From the IMG/VR virus record IMGVR_UViG_3300045988_144994: DNA of 55,971 nt. One strand, given 5' to 3'. Source of the DNA: a virus. The notes beneath the pieces were generated by a model, which was not told the DNA's origin, searched no databases, and saw only the letters and a list, made by a program, of their open reading frames with translations. Positions 23,056-31,687 of this stretch are shown here, piece after piece. Position 1 is the stretch's first letter, and every line of letters begins with the position of its first letter. Made by a program: the position numbers and the translations under genes.

Positions 23056-24261
23056 CTACCCATGAGCTAAAGACTCATGGGCTTCGGGTTTCGCAGAGGA
23101 ACGGCCTTTCAAAAGATTGGCTCTTACTTCCTCTCCACCCGTGTAATCGACAGTTCCTGCCGATATATGGTTTAATCCGAAACGAAGAATATTGATAGCA
23201 GCATTAACATCACGATTATGATGAGTATGACAAATAGGACACTCCCACTCACGGACAGACAAATCTTTAGTCTGTTTGTTGACATACCCACAGACATTAC
23301 AAGTCTGCGAGGAGGGGAAGTATCGGTCTATTTTTACAACCTTTTTGCCGTTCCATTCTGCCTTATAGGTAAGCATGGAAACGAAGCTGCCCCAGCTTGC
23401 ATCGGTAATAGACTTGGCAAGGTGATGGTTTCTCTCCATTCCCTTTACATTCAAATCCTCGATGCAGATGGTATCATATCTTCTAACAAGGGAAATGGAG
23501 CACTTGTGCAGATAGTCTGTACGGCTATTGGAAATCTTATCGTGAAGTCTGGCAACTTTGAGCCTTTGGTTTTCAAACCCTCTGCTGCCTTTCTTCTTAC
23601 GGGAAAGATGTCGCTGTGCTTTAGCAAGTTTGCGCTCGTATTTTCTTGTGTATCGGTTATTCTTAAAAGTTTCTCCCTCAGAAGTGATAAGCAAGTCCTT
23701 CAAACCCATATCCACACCAACCGACTTGTTAGTCTTTTCAAGCGGAGTTGCGTATTCTTCTTCTGTAAATACAGAAACGAAATACTTTCCGCTTGGTGTC
23801 TTGGAAATAGTTACCTTACCGATTTCACCTTTTATCTCACGGTGTACACGGCACTTGATGCCCTCCTTGAACTTGGGTATGAAAAGCCTGTCACCTGCGA
23901 CAGATGCAAATTGTGGAACGGTAAAACTATTCTTAGAGTGCTTAGATTTGAAGTTAGGAAACTTCGCCCGCTTCTGAAAGAAATTGGTATAGGCTACTTC
24001 AAGACTGCGGATAGCGAACTGCAAGGTTTGAGAATTTACTTCTTTAAGCCATGCGGTTGCTTCCTGCTTCTTCAATGCGGTAAGCGATTTAGCCTGTGCA
24101 TAGTAATTATCGCTCTTACCAGTGAGCCTATATTGTTCCTTACGCTGATTGAGAAAGTAGTTGTACACAAACCGAGCGCAACCGAAATGTCTTGCCAGCA
24201 AATCGGCTTGCACCTTAGTCGGGTACAGTCTGAACTTGTATGTTCGATTAATCTTTCTCAT
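23056..24261 (-). CDS. tnpB: TnpB (RuvC-like RNA-guided nuclease, OrfB family)
   Basis: Start set at the internal ATG (MRKINRTYKFRLYPT), the typical N-terminus. D...E...D RuvC segments are present, with zinc finger CNVCGY...CPICHTHHNRDVNAAINI. Confidence 0.9.
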   Translation of the reverse strand: MRKINRTYKFRLYPTKVQADLLARHFGCARFVYNYFLNQRKEQYRLTGKSDNYYAQAKSLTALKKQEATAWLKEVNSQTLQFAIRSLEVAYTNFFQKRAKFPNFKSKHSKNSFTVPQFASVAGDRLFIPKFKEGIKCRVHREIKGEIGKVTISKTPSGKYFVSVFTEEEYATPLEKTNKSVGVDMGLKDLLITSEGETFKNNRYTRKYERKLAKAQRHLSRKKKGSRGFENQRLKVARLHDKISNSRTDYLHKCSISLVRRYDTICIEDLNVKGMERNHHLAKSITDASWGSFVSMLTYKAEWNGKKVVKIDRYFPSSQTCNVCGYVNKQTKDLSVREWECPICHTHHNRDVNAAINILRFGLNHISAGTVDYTGGEEVRANLLKGRSSAKPEAHESLAHG

Positions 24262-24321
24262 TTCGCTTACAAAGATAGCAATTATTTCGTAAACAGCCAA
24301 AAGTTTATGTATATTTGTGGC

Positions 24322-24726
24322 ATGAAAGAAAATTATAATCACGAGAATAGACACAAGTATTACCTAAAGTGCCATCTTATCTTCTGTATCAAATACAGGA
24401 GAAAGATACTCAAAGGTGAGTTTGATGACAACATTAAAGCCATATTTCAGTCAATAGCTGACAATTCAGACTTCGATATAGACATCATGGAAACCGACAA
24501 AGACCACATACACTTTCTTATCAGCTATCCGCCAAAACTATCCGTAACATCAATAGTAAGGAAGCTAAAGCAGGAGAGTACAGTCTTTTCGTGGCGCTTA
24601 TATGGCAGTATGTTGAGAAAATACTTTTGGAAAGAGAAAACCTTATGGTCAGACGGATATTTCGTCTGCTCAATAGGCGAGGCTAATCCAAATACAGTTA
24701 TAGAATATATTAGAAACCAGGGATAG
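24322..24726 (+). CDS. tnpA: IS200-type Y1 (HUH) transposase TnpA
   Basis: 134 aa, the last part of track ORF 23218..24726. HUH motif HIHFLISY and C-terminal SDGYFVCSIG...YIRNQ. Confidence 0.9.
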   Translation: MKENYNHENRHKYYLKCHLIFCIKYRRKILKGEFDDNIKAIFQSIADNSDFDIDIMETDKDHIHFLISYPPKLSVTSIVRKLKQESTVFSWRLYGSMLRKYFWKEKTLWSDGYFVCSIGEANPNTVIEYIRNQG

Positions 24727-25048
24727 TGCCTTACATCCAACAGGCTAAAGACCTGTGGGTTTTACGGCACTCAATATAAAAAATCCTCCGTCTATTAGAA
24801 CAGCTATTTTGACTGGTACACTAAAATTAGATTCTGGCTTATTGTTTGATTTCATATCATTATAAAAAACAAAGGCTCTTGGGTCGGCATGCTCATTATT
24901 AAACCAAAATTGGTAGAACATACGAAGCCAAGAGCATAATTATGCCACAAATATAGATTCTGGAAATATGATTTACAAACAAAAAATCCAGAAAATCATT
25001 TTATAATGGCATTTTTAACATATACGGATCAACATTGCATAAAGTTAC

Positions 25049-25075
25049 AAAAAAGAGGGAACACACTCCCCTCTC
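25049..25075 (-). terminator. Intrinsic terminator closing the minus-strand cargo/late transcription unit
   Basis: On the minus strand, agaggg/ccctct stem (25054-25059/25069-25074) followed by U6 (plus-strand A-run 25049-25054). Confidence 0.5.
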
Positions 25076-25198
25076 ACACCTTCCGATATGTTCACGACGT
25101 ATATTTTCAGCTTTTACAAGCATCTTAATTCATGTAAGGCCATTTCACATAGAAATGTTATGCAAGCTGTGTCGGCAATATCAAGCAATATTTCAAAT

Positions 25199-25639
25199 TT
25201 ATCGGACATAGTATTTTATTTCATAGTTGCGAATAAATCCCTTGCATAATAAATAAACTACAACTGGGAACATCATTTCAGCAATATCTCCGTTTATATA
25301 ACAAACTTCCTCCCCTTGTAGATTAAATCCGCTACTTACTGCGATATGAACTGACAGGTGGTGTAATTCATGTGTGATTAGGTTAAAATATTTTGCTGGA
25401 CTAATAGAAATAGCAAATATGATCACCGATTCCCGGTAAAAATAGTTACTAAATGTAAGTCCATTGTTTACATTATCGCTTGTTATATTTATATATGCTT
25501 TTTTTAAATCTTCTTCATTACAATTTATCTGGTACAAGGCATCTATTATTTCTTCAACATGATACCTTGTGACCGGATAAAAGGCGGTTATGTTCCATTT
25601 CTGGCCCTTAACATAGATATGGAACCGTTGTTTTATCAT
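25199..25639 (-). CDS. Small HExxH protein (putative zinc metalloprotease)
   Basis: Contains the motif ITHELHHLSVH. Start set at MIKQRF, which overlaps the upstream stop as ATGA. Confidence 0.55.
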   Translation of the reverse strand: MIKQRFHIYVKGQKWNITAFYPVTRYHVEEIIDALYQINCNEEDLKKAYINITSDNVNNGLTFSNYFYRESVIIFAISISPAKYFNLITHELHHLSVHIAVSSGFNLQGEEVCYINGDIAEMMFPVVVYLLCKGFIRNYEIKYYVR

Positions 25640-26058
25640 ATCATATCCTCCCATGGGATGGGAATACCTTTATCTTCCTGCTTTGTCATCCAGCACCTAA
25701 ATATGCTTTCTGGCACTGCATCTTCATCATCTATTTCATCCTTGACGGCTTTACATAGATGCAATTCATCCTCAATACTCGATTTCCAACGATCAGAATA
25801 AATCATATTTATGACGTACACGAAATTGTACCCTATGTTCCTTTCAAGTTTAATTCCGTGTTTCGATAATAATTCTTCGGCCTTTTCTTTCGAATACGGC
25901 TCAATACTTTCTAATTTCCCTGTAGCGGTGTTTTTTCGCATCATTTGCTTTACTGCATATTCACACGCCCTTTTTGAAAAGGAATATCCGTAATTCCGGA
26001 GATATGCCTGCATTTCACGGGGTATATAGTTATAACTGCTTAAGGCTGGTGTACACAT
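25636..26058 (-). CDS. Hypothetical protein
   Basis: 140-aa ORF, translationally coupled to the HExxH gene. Confidence 0.6.
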   Translation of the reverse strand: MCTPALSSYNYIPREMQAYLRNYGYSFSKRACEYAVKQMMRKNTATGKLESIEPYSKEKAEELLSKHGIKLERNIGYNFVYVINMIYSDRWKSSIEDELHLCKAVKDEIDDEDAVPESIFRCWMTKQEDKGIPIPWEDMI

Positions 26059-26104
26059 ATTTTTGTATAATATAGAGGGGCAAAATGCCCCTCTTAGTTA
26101 ATAA

Positions 26105-26341
26105 TTACATAAACCGGGGATCAAATCCCTGTCCGCCAAAATTATTCCGGAACCATTGTCCGACATTTTCGCCATAACCACCTTGGCCCATATTTTGGCC
26201 CATGCCTTGTCCATAATTTGGGCCATATCCTTGATTGCCGTTTCTTTGTCCCATTCCCTGTCCCATTTTATTGAGCAGTTTATGTCCTTTTTTCAGGAAG
26301 TCCTGCAATTCTTCTGAGAATTCTCTTATTTCTTCATTCAT
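26105..26341 (-). CDS. Low-complexity G/Q/M/N-rich small protein
   Basis: 78 aa: a helical N-terminus followed by GQGMGQRNGNQGYGPNYGQGMGQNMGQGGYG repeats. Confidence 0.5.
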   Translation of the reverse strand: MNEEIREFSEELQDFLKKGHKLLNKMGQGMGQRNGNQGYGPNYGQGMGQNMGQGGYGENVGQWFRNNFGGQGFDPRFM

Positions 26342-26363
26342 GATACAATAATTTTAAAGTTAA

Positions 26364-26792
26364 TTAATTCAGGAGTTCTTTCAATTCACCGAGATCTTCC
26401 GACGTAAATTTGATACTCCCTAAGCTACCTACAAACATATCTAACAGAAAATTATTAGGCATATCTATGATTGCCTGCCCTTTCCCTGCCTTAACTTTAA
26501 CCATGCCAAATTGATAATCCCGGATGTCCATTTCTTCAAATAAAGACACCAGATTATCAATCATAACATCGCTGTCGATCGTCCCGTCTTCACTGGCAAT
26601 AAACAAAAAGCTGGTATCAAGCCATTTATTAATAAGTGCATCCTTCCGAGCCAGTAAATTACTTAGCCCATTTTTAAAAAAAGTGCGTGTGTGTGCTTTA
26701 TCCGGGAAAAGAGAATCTATTTTACCATTTCCCCACGACTGTATCGCAGTTTTAATTTCACCTTTAAATTGGTTTAAATCCTCTTTTTTCAT
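26364..26792 (-). CDS. Hypothetical protein
   Basis: 142-aa ORF. It overlaps the upstream stop by 4 nt. Confidence 0.6.
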   Translation of the reverse strand: MKKEDLNQFKGEIKTAIQSWGNGKIDSLFPDKAHTRTFFKNGLSNLLARKDALINKWLDTSFLFIASEDGTIDSDVMIDNLVSLFEEMDIRDYQFGMVKVKAGKGQAIIDMPNNFLLDMFVGSLGSIKFTSEDLGELKELLN

Positions 26793-27304
26793 TTTTTGCC
26801 TCCTTTCGAACGTTTCATTTTTTGATACTCAGCGTAAGGGATGTCGGAATACTTTTCTTTATATTCCTGGAAATCATTAATCTCTTTGTCAACCTCAGTA
26901 GCAGCGGATTTTCTAAGCCTTTTTACAAGCGTCAGATGATTCTCTAGGGCATCCTTACCTTCTTTTGAGCCTTCTACCACCGGGCGCATCATTTGCATGT
27001 ATTTAGCTTGAAGAATAGACATTATCATATTCTGACTTTCAATAAATTCTTCATTGTTTGTTACGATTTCAAATTCCTTGTCAGTCATTGCTGATACAAT
27101 GCTTTCGATTTCGTCCCATATAGGAGTCTGGCTTTGTTGTGGTTGCTGGACCATCTGATTTTTTGCTCTTTGCATCGCTTGTTTTTTCTGCTCCAAAGCG
27201 GCCTGCATCCGCTCTATCTCCTGATATCGTTCTTCCATGTTATAGGAAGATTGGTTTAAAAGGGGATCGCTGCTTCCGTTAAAGAAAAAGTTATTTCCTG
27301 GCAT
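26789..27304 (-). CDS. Hypothetical Q-rich coiled-coil protein
   Basis: 171-aa ORF. Confidence 0.6.
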   Translation of the reverse strand: MPGNNFFFNGSSDPLLNQSSYNMEERYQEIERMQAALEQKKQAMQRAKNQMVQQPQQSQTPIWDEIESIVSAMTDKEFEIVTNNEEFIESQNMIMSILQAKYMQMMRPVVEGSKEGKDALENHLTLVKRLRKSAATEVDKEINDFQEYKEKYSDIPYAEYQKMKRSKGGKK

Positions 27305-27358
27305 GGCTATTTAGTTTTTTGTTTTCTACGTTTATAAGCTCTCTTTTGGGTGAGCATT

Positions 27359-28123
27359 TTAGGCTGCCGGAGTTGATCCTCCACTTGTCTGGTTGCGAAA
27401 GCAGCAATAACTTCCGATACCCGTAATAGTAGGTTCGGTAGGTACTACTACTACACCTTCAACCATTTTGCAGGTCTTGCGGTCTACATAGTTAATTCCG
27501 GCGGTGAATGCTTTTTCAATTTCACACTGAATCAGTTTATCCTGATAGGGACGGACGGCATTGCTAATCGCTACTTGTGCTTTCAGATCACACAGTTCCT
27601 TCCGGGTTTCATCGTCTTTATCACGGGTATACTTGTACAGGCCGAACAATTCAGAATTCAGACGGTTATTAACCGCGTCGATATTGTCCCGGTTGTTTTT
27701 ATACAACCCAAAATCGGCGTCTACCATCGTCTTGTACAAGCTGAATTTTTCAGCAATGTCTGTTTCACGGTTTGCTGCAATAGCCTGCATAGAGCCCAGT
27801 TTTAATCCCCACATTGCATTTGTCAATTCCAAAGCATCTTCACATCCTTTTTCCCATGCTTGGAAAGAAGTAGGGGCAACACAACCATTCCCGGCCCCAG
27901 TGCCGTATGCGTTAATGTTTACATTTGCAGGAGTACTAGCACCTCCGGAGAAACCAGCTCCACCGCCTAGGATTGAACCAATACCATTGCCACGTCCCCA
28001 AAGAGCGGCAGCGCCGAGGACAGTACCGATAATACCCAAGGTAAGGCCGGCATTCGCCCGCTCTCTCGTAGAGCGACGATTTTCACCGCCTTCCTCATAC
28101 ACTTTCTTTTCGATAATTTCCAT
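27359..28123 (-). CDS. Membrane-anchored protein with a Gly-rich linker and three F[SG]LYK repeats
   Basis: TM helix GLTLGIIGTVLGAAALW, a Gly-rich stretch, then EKFSLYK / ADFGLYK / ELFGLYK. Confidence 0.6.
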   Translation of the reverse strand: MEIIEKKVYEEGGENRRSTRERANAGLTLGIIGTVLGAAALWGRGNGIGSILGGGAGFSGGASTPANVNINAYGTGAGNGCVAPTSFQAWEKGCEDALELTNAMWGLKLGSMQAIAANRETDIAEKFSLYKTMVDADFGLYKNNRDNIDAVNNRLNSELFGLYKYTRDKDDETRKELCDLKAQVAISNAVRPYQDKLIQCEIEKAFTAGINYVDRKTCKMVEGVVVVPTEPTITGIGSYCCFRNQTSGGSTPAA

Positions 28124-28318
28124 ATAATTAAAGAATTTTGATTATTCCGGCACTATTGCCGGATATCCCAAAATTCGACATAAATAGATGTTTTGTAAAA
28201 AGTTACATTCCTATATAATAGAAGTTTGAGGACTTTAAACAGAATAAATTTCCAATAAAAAAGAAAGTTTGATATGAATCAGTCCGCACAATAATAAATC
28301 TTTGCCCACGGACTAAAC

Positions 28319-28351
28319 AAAAAAAAACTCCTTCCGGAGAATCAGAAGGAG
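28319..28351 (-). terminator. Intrinsic terminator after the lipoprotein gene
   Basis: On the minus strand, ctccttc-tgattctccg-gaaggag (plus-strand stems 28328-28334/28345-28351) followed by U9 (plus-strand A-run 28319-28327). Confidence 0.7.
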
Positions 28352-28369
28352 TGTATTGAGTAGTTGCGC

Positions 28370-28744
28370 TTATTCTTTTTCCATTTCTATTTCAACATAA
28401 TTTCTATCATATTTGCAAGCATTCCCTGTGCCCAAATCTATAGCCCAAGCAATTATATTTAAAAGATTAATACAAGAAACACCGTTAAATCTTGTGTTTA
28501 GAAAGAACGGTTCATTTTTATATCCTTCTTTTTTAGCCATCATATTCACTGATGATAGCTCTTTACCGATCTTTGTTGTAAATGTCCCATCATTTTTAGT
28601 TTCCCCTAATTTTACTCCATCTTTATAAATACCTACTTCTGGCATTTTTGCGTCAAAAGTTATGGCTTGTCGGGATCCGGTAAATAAGGTCGCACAGCTT
28701 GAAAACAACAAACAAGCACAACAAATGGATATAATCTTTTTCAT
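28370..28744 (-). CDS. Lipoprotein (moron candidate)
   Basis: Start set at the internal ATG. MKKIISICCACLLFSSC is a signal peptide plus lipobox. 124 aa. Confidence 0.65.
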   Translation of the reverse strand: MKKIISICCACLLFSSCATLFTGSRQAITFDAKMPEVGIYKDGVKLGETKNDGTFTTKIGKELSSVNMMAKKEGYKNEPFFLNTRFNGVSCINLLNIIAWAIDLGTGNACKYDRNYVEIEMEKE

Positions 28745-28874
28745 ACTAAATAAATTTTGATTGTTAATTGCCGCAAATATAATCAAAAAATACCCCACCG
28801 TATTTGTTAAAACATATAAAATAATTGGGATTACATTTAATTTAGATTCATTCTGATTTAAATCAAGGAAAATA

Positions 28875-29354
28875 TTATTTATGTGAAAGGTTTTCAATGC
28901 TTGAACGTATAGCATCTACTTGTTTTTTATGCCTTCTCCTTGCAATAATATGTATATATATGTCCCGGTCTGCGTATGCCGTTATGGTAGTATCTACAAT
29001 ATCTTTCAATGATTTTGCTTTTACATATCTTATGAACATTGCAGAAAAAAGGTCACTTCTGAATTTTTGAGGTGTTATTTCCATGTCCCTGCGCTTTACA
29101 TCATGTACATCATCGCAATAAAAATATAGCATTGCATTCTCATTGTCAAGAAGCACCCCGGCAATGAACGTGGATATTTTTGACAATATGCCAGAATTTG
29201 TATATTGTTCGCCGGATATTCGCTCAAGAGTAATGTCCAATATTTTAATATTGCCCAACTCTTTCATTATCTCATCAGGCAAATTTTGACAATCTTCTAT
29301 ACGGATAAGATATTCATTCCCGAAATTGTCACTTATTGGATAAGTTATTATCAT
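28875..29354 (-). CDS. Hypothetical protein
   Basis: 159-aa ORF. It overlaps the upstream stop by 4 nt. Confidence 0.55.
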   Translation of the reverse strand: MIITYPISDNFGNEYLIRIEDCQNLPDEIMKELGNIKILDITLERISGEQYTNSGILSKISTFIAGVLLDNENAMLYFYCDDVHDVKRRDMEITPQKFRSDLFSAMFIRYVKAKSLKDIVDTTITAYADRDIYIHIIARRRHKKQVDAIRSSIENLSHK

Positions 29355-29584
29355 TTCGAAGTAGAAGCAGGGAAATAGATATCTTTTTTGCTACGCAATT
29401 CTTCAATTTTAGACATTTTATGATCACGTAGTTTGTTGAAAAAATCAACAAGGGCTGTCGATGTATTTTTTACAACGAATGTTTGCGAATATGATTTTTT
29501 CTCTTTCATTTGGATATCTGTTTGATGATACAAATGTATAAATTCTAATCCACATAAATAGTCAACACATCTACATTTTTGCAA
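29351..29584 (-). CDS. Hypothetical small protein (start uncertain; alternative ATG at 29509)
   Basis: 77-aa ORF. The N-terminal 25 residues are Cys/His-rich and could be non-coding. Confidence 0.45.
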   Translation of the reverse strand: MQKCRCVDYLCGLEFIHLYHQTDIQMKEKKSYSQTFVVKNTSTALVDFFNKLRDHKMSKIEELRSKKDIYFPASTSK

Positions 29585-29615
29585 ATAATTCTCAATTTAG
29601 AATCATTCCAAAACA

Positions 29616-29843
29616 TCATTCTGTTTTTTCCCTATGATTTAATATGTCAGCAATCGTTTTGTGACACAGCCCGGTCTGTTCCTTTATTTTATCGTATATG
29701 AAAGAGCGTGGAAGCAAATGGAAAAAATCTGAATATTTTTCTGAGTTTTTTAATTCTTCATATATGCTGATAACTTGTTTGTTACGCACCATCGTACTCG
29801 GCCTTTGTAATTTTTTCATAAATTTTTTCTCAAAAAAGTGCAA
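29616..29843 (-). CDS. Hypothetical small protein, possibly DNA-binding
   Basis: 75-aa ORF. The segment QTGLCHKTIADILNH looks HTH-like. Weak evidence. Confidence 0.4.
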   Translation of the reverse strand: MHFFEKKFMKKLQRPSTMVRNKQVISIYEELKNSEKYSDFFHLLPRSFIYDKIKEQTGLCHKTIADILNHREKTE

Positions 29844-29936
29844 CCAATAAAAATCCTGTCCGTAAAACTCCCCGAAAGAAGTCTTACAGACAGGATGTAG
29901 TGGTGGTACGCTATATTTTTGAAGTGGGGCTTCTTT

Positions 29937-30314
29937 TTATATTTTGCCCCGGATAAACCGGATAATCTTTAATACTGACGGTATACTGAATGCTGCCAGT
30001 AAAATGATAAGCCACCACATAATGCTTGGTACTTTGTTTTTTACAACTTCAACCGGATAGGGGACCGCGATGCTATCTGTTTTGCTTATATTTACCGTAT
30101 CATGCATAAGCCTATCACGATACACAATATGATATTTGTCTCTGAAAACTGTATCGCCTTTAACAAGAACAAATACACTGTCGCGTACATAGATACTATC
30201 CCGCTTTATCTTGTCAATGTATTCTTTCTCTGTCTTTACTGTCTCTACCGGCACGTACTGAATACTCCGGCAGGAGAATATAGAAAGGGCTATCAGTATA
30301 ATTATTATCCTCAT
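29937..30314 (-). CDS. Unimolecular spanin candidate
   Basis: N-terminal lipobox LSIFSC plus a C-terminal TM (WWLIILLAAFSIPSVL). It lies immediately after the holin, overlapping by 4 nt. Confidence 0.45.
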   Translation of the reverse strand: MRIIIILIALSIFSCRSIQYVPVETVKTEKEYIDKIKRDSIYVRDSVFVLVKGDTVFRDKYHIVYRDRLMHDTVNISKTDSIAVPYPVEVVKNKVPSIMWWLIILLAAFSIPSVLKIIRFIRGKI

Positions 30315-30745
30315 TTTTCTGTTTTTTCTTCTATGTCAATAATATCAGACTTCCGCCTGAAAAATTTAAAAATATCGACCTTTACATGCCGACCGTGAGC
30401 TTCAAAGTAATTCCCATAACAGGAATTTATCTCAAACCCGTATATGACCAACAGGACAATAGAAGGAAGCAGCGGAATGTCAAAAGGTTCTCCAAATGTC
30501 TTCCCTATAGCTCCGGCAAGAAGAATCCAGCATAAGTAATCTACCATTTTGTTGATAGTCCTTCTCCCAGCCCGTGAAAACCGGATTCTTTCACCCCTTT
30601 TCTTGGATGCCGCTATCCCAAACCTTAGGTCTACGACAATTAATATCAGTGCAAGCAGCATAAACCATTTTAAGGGTTCAATGAACTCCATAAAACCACT
30701 CATAAATACTGTGGCCATTGCCGAAATTGTGTTTCTTTCACTCAT
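30311..30745 (-). CDS. Holin
   Basis: 144 aa with about 3 TM segments. VVDLRFGIAASKKRGERIRFSRAGRRTINKMVDY resembles holin family 4-type motifs. It is adjacent to the endolysin. Confidence 0.55.
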   Translation of the reverse strand: MSERNTISAMATVFMSGFMEFIEPLKWFMLLALILIVVDLRFGIAASKKRGERIRFSRAGRRTINKMVDYLCWILLAGAIGKTFGEPFDIPLLPSIVLLVIYGFEINSCYGNYFEAHGRHVKVDIFKFFRRKSDIIDIEEKTEK

Positions 30746-30790
30746 AATTTTAATTTAAATGTGGTACTTCTATCCCCTCCCGAAACATTG

Positions 30791-31249
30791 TTATAAACAA
30801 TATCTTTTATAGTTCTCGACAAACTCCTTAACGGTCCCTCTGCCTAATGGCGTATTGTAATATTGTTTCCAGTATTCACCCATCGCCCAAACATCCTTAT
30901 TCGAAGGTAATGCCTCCTTTACACGCAAATAATGTATGCGGGTCATACAGATCATCAGCTTTTTGTTATCTACAAGCATCTCAGGCTCCATAGTGACAAC
31001 ACCGGATGCTTTCATTACTTTCCCCATTAGTTCCGGTTTATGCCGGAGAAAATTAACCACAATATCATTGAAGGTTGCCGGCTCCATCTGCCCATATCCT
31101 AAAGCCGGACCACCGCCAATTTGCCGGGTGTACTTAAAATTGCTTTCCTGAGCAAACGTCCCCATGATAAGATCTCTTGCATTGTCAGAGTACAAGCCTG
31201 TTTCTTTCAGTGTTTCGGTTATTAACCTTCTCCATTCCTCTTTGTCCAT
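30791..31249 (-). CDS. Endolysin, lytic transglycosylase (SLT)-like
   Basis: FAQESNF (catalytic E-S) and LGYGQMEP (GLMQ-like) motifs. Confidence 0.6.
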   Translation of the reverse strand: MDKEEWRRLITETLKETGLYSDNARDLIMGTFAQESNFKYTRQIGGGPALGYGQMEPATFNDIVVNFLRHKPELMGKVMKASGVVTMEPEMLVDNKKLMICMTRIHYLRVKEALPSNKDVWAMGEYWKQYYNTPLGRGTVKEFVENYKRYCL

Positions 31250-31347
31250 ATTGTTTTATATTTCTAAATTATTCTTTTGTATTCTCAAAAAAAACTTTGT
31301 AAATTTGCAACATAAGATTGACTTGGGGTTGCTTGGGAAATATTTAT

Positions 31348-31375
31348 AGAGGTCGCGAGGGCGGCCTCTTTTTTA
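31348..31375. terminator. Hairpin agaggtcgc-gagg-gcggcctct with a flanking T6/A-run
   Basis: 9-bp stem with one G.U pair. The T-run is on the plus strand (31369-31374). It sits between the tail and lysis genes. Confidence 0.4.
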
Positions 31376-31687
31376 TAAATCCCTTATCTTTTTACAAAGA
31401 AAAAAAGTCCTCATTGTAATTTCACCCCGTTCATCTAATTCCTTGTATCTGTTTTTAAGGAATTCTATTTCTACGGGATCAAGATTAAAGTCTTCACCTT
31501 TATCAATAGATGTATTCCAGTCGAGATACCCTGTTTTCTTATTCTCCACTATGGAATATTTTTTGATATCCTTTACTGTTATTCGGGTTTTGTCGCGAAT
31601 ACTTTCCATGGTTATCATTTGCAACATCGTCCCGTGGTCCGGTAAAATTTCTTTTAGTATAAACCTTTCGTAAATGGTCAGTTTCAT
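31373..31687 (-). CDS. Hypothetical protein
   Basis: 104-aa ORF downstream of the fibre gene. Confidence 0.55.
   Translation of the reverse strand: MKLTIYERFILKEILPDHGTMLQMITMESIRDKTRITVKDIKKYSIVENKKTGYLDWNTSIDKGEDFNLDPVEIEFLKNRYKELDERGEITMRTFFLCKKIRDL

Larger units (their letters stand above)
23049..24775 (-). mobile_element. IS200/IS605-family insertion sequence with divergent tnpA/tnpB (boundaries +/- about 10 bp)
   Basis: Y1 transposase plus TnpB. Subterminal hairpins have identical loops: cccatgag-ctaaaga-ctcatggg (23059-23081) and ccaacagg-ctaaaga-cctgtggg (24737-24759, nested in agtgcc/ggcact at 24725-24771). Confidence 0.85.

Noticed and set aside
23218-24726. The 502-aa plus-strand ORF as a single gene
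   Set aside because: The first 368 or so codons are antisense to tnpB and have non-protein-like composition. Only the last 134 aa (from ATG 24322) form the IS200-type TnpA.
21746-26094. The recurrent AGAGGG(G)...CCCCTCT hairpins (21746, 25054, 26074, and within E2) as a repeat family or mobile element
   Set aside because: Only the short G/C stems are similar. The loops and flanks differ. They are more simply independent terminator-type hairpins.
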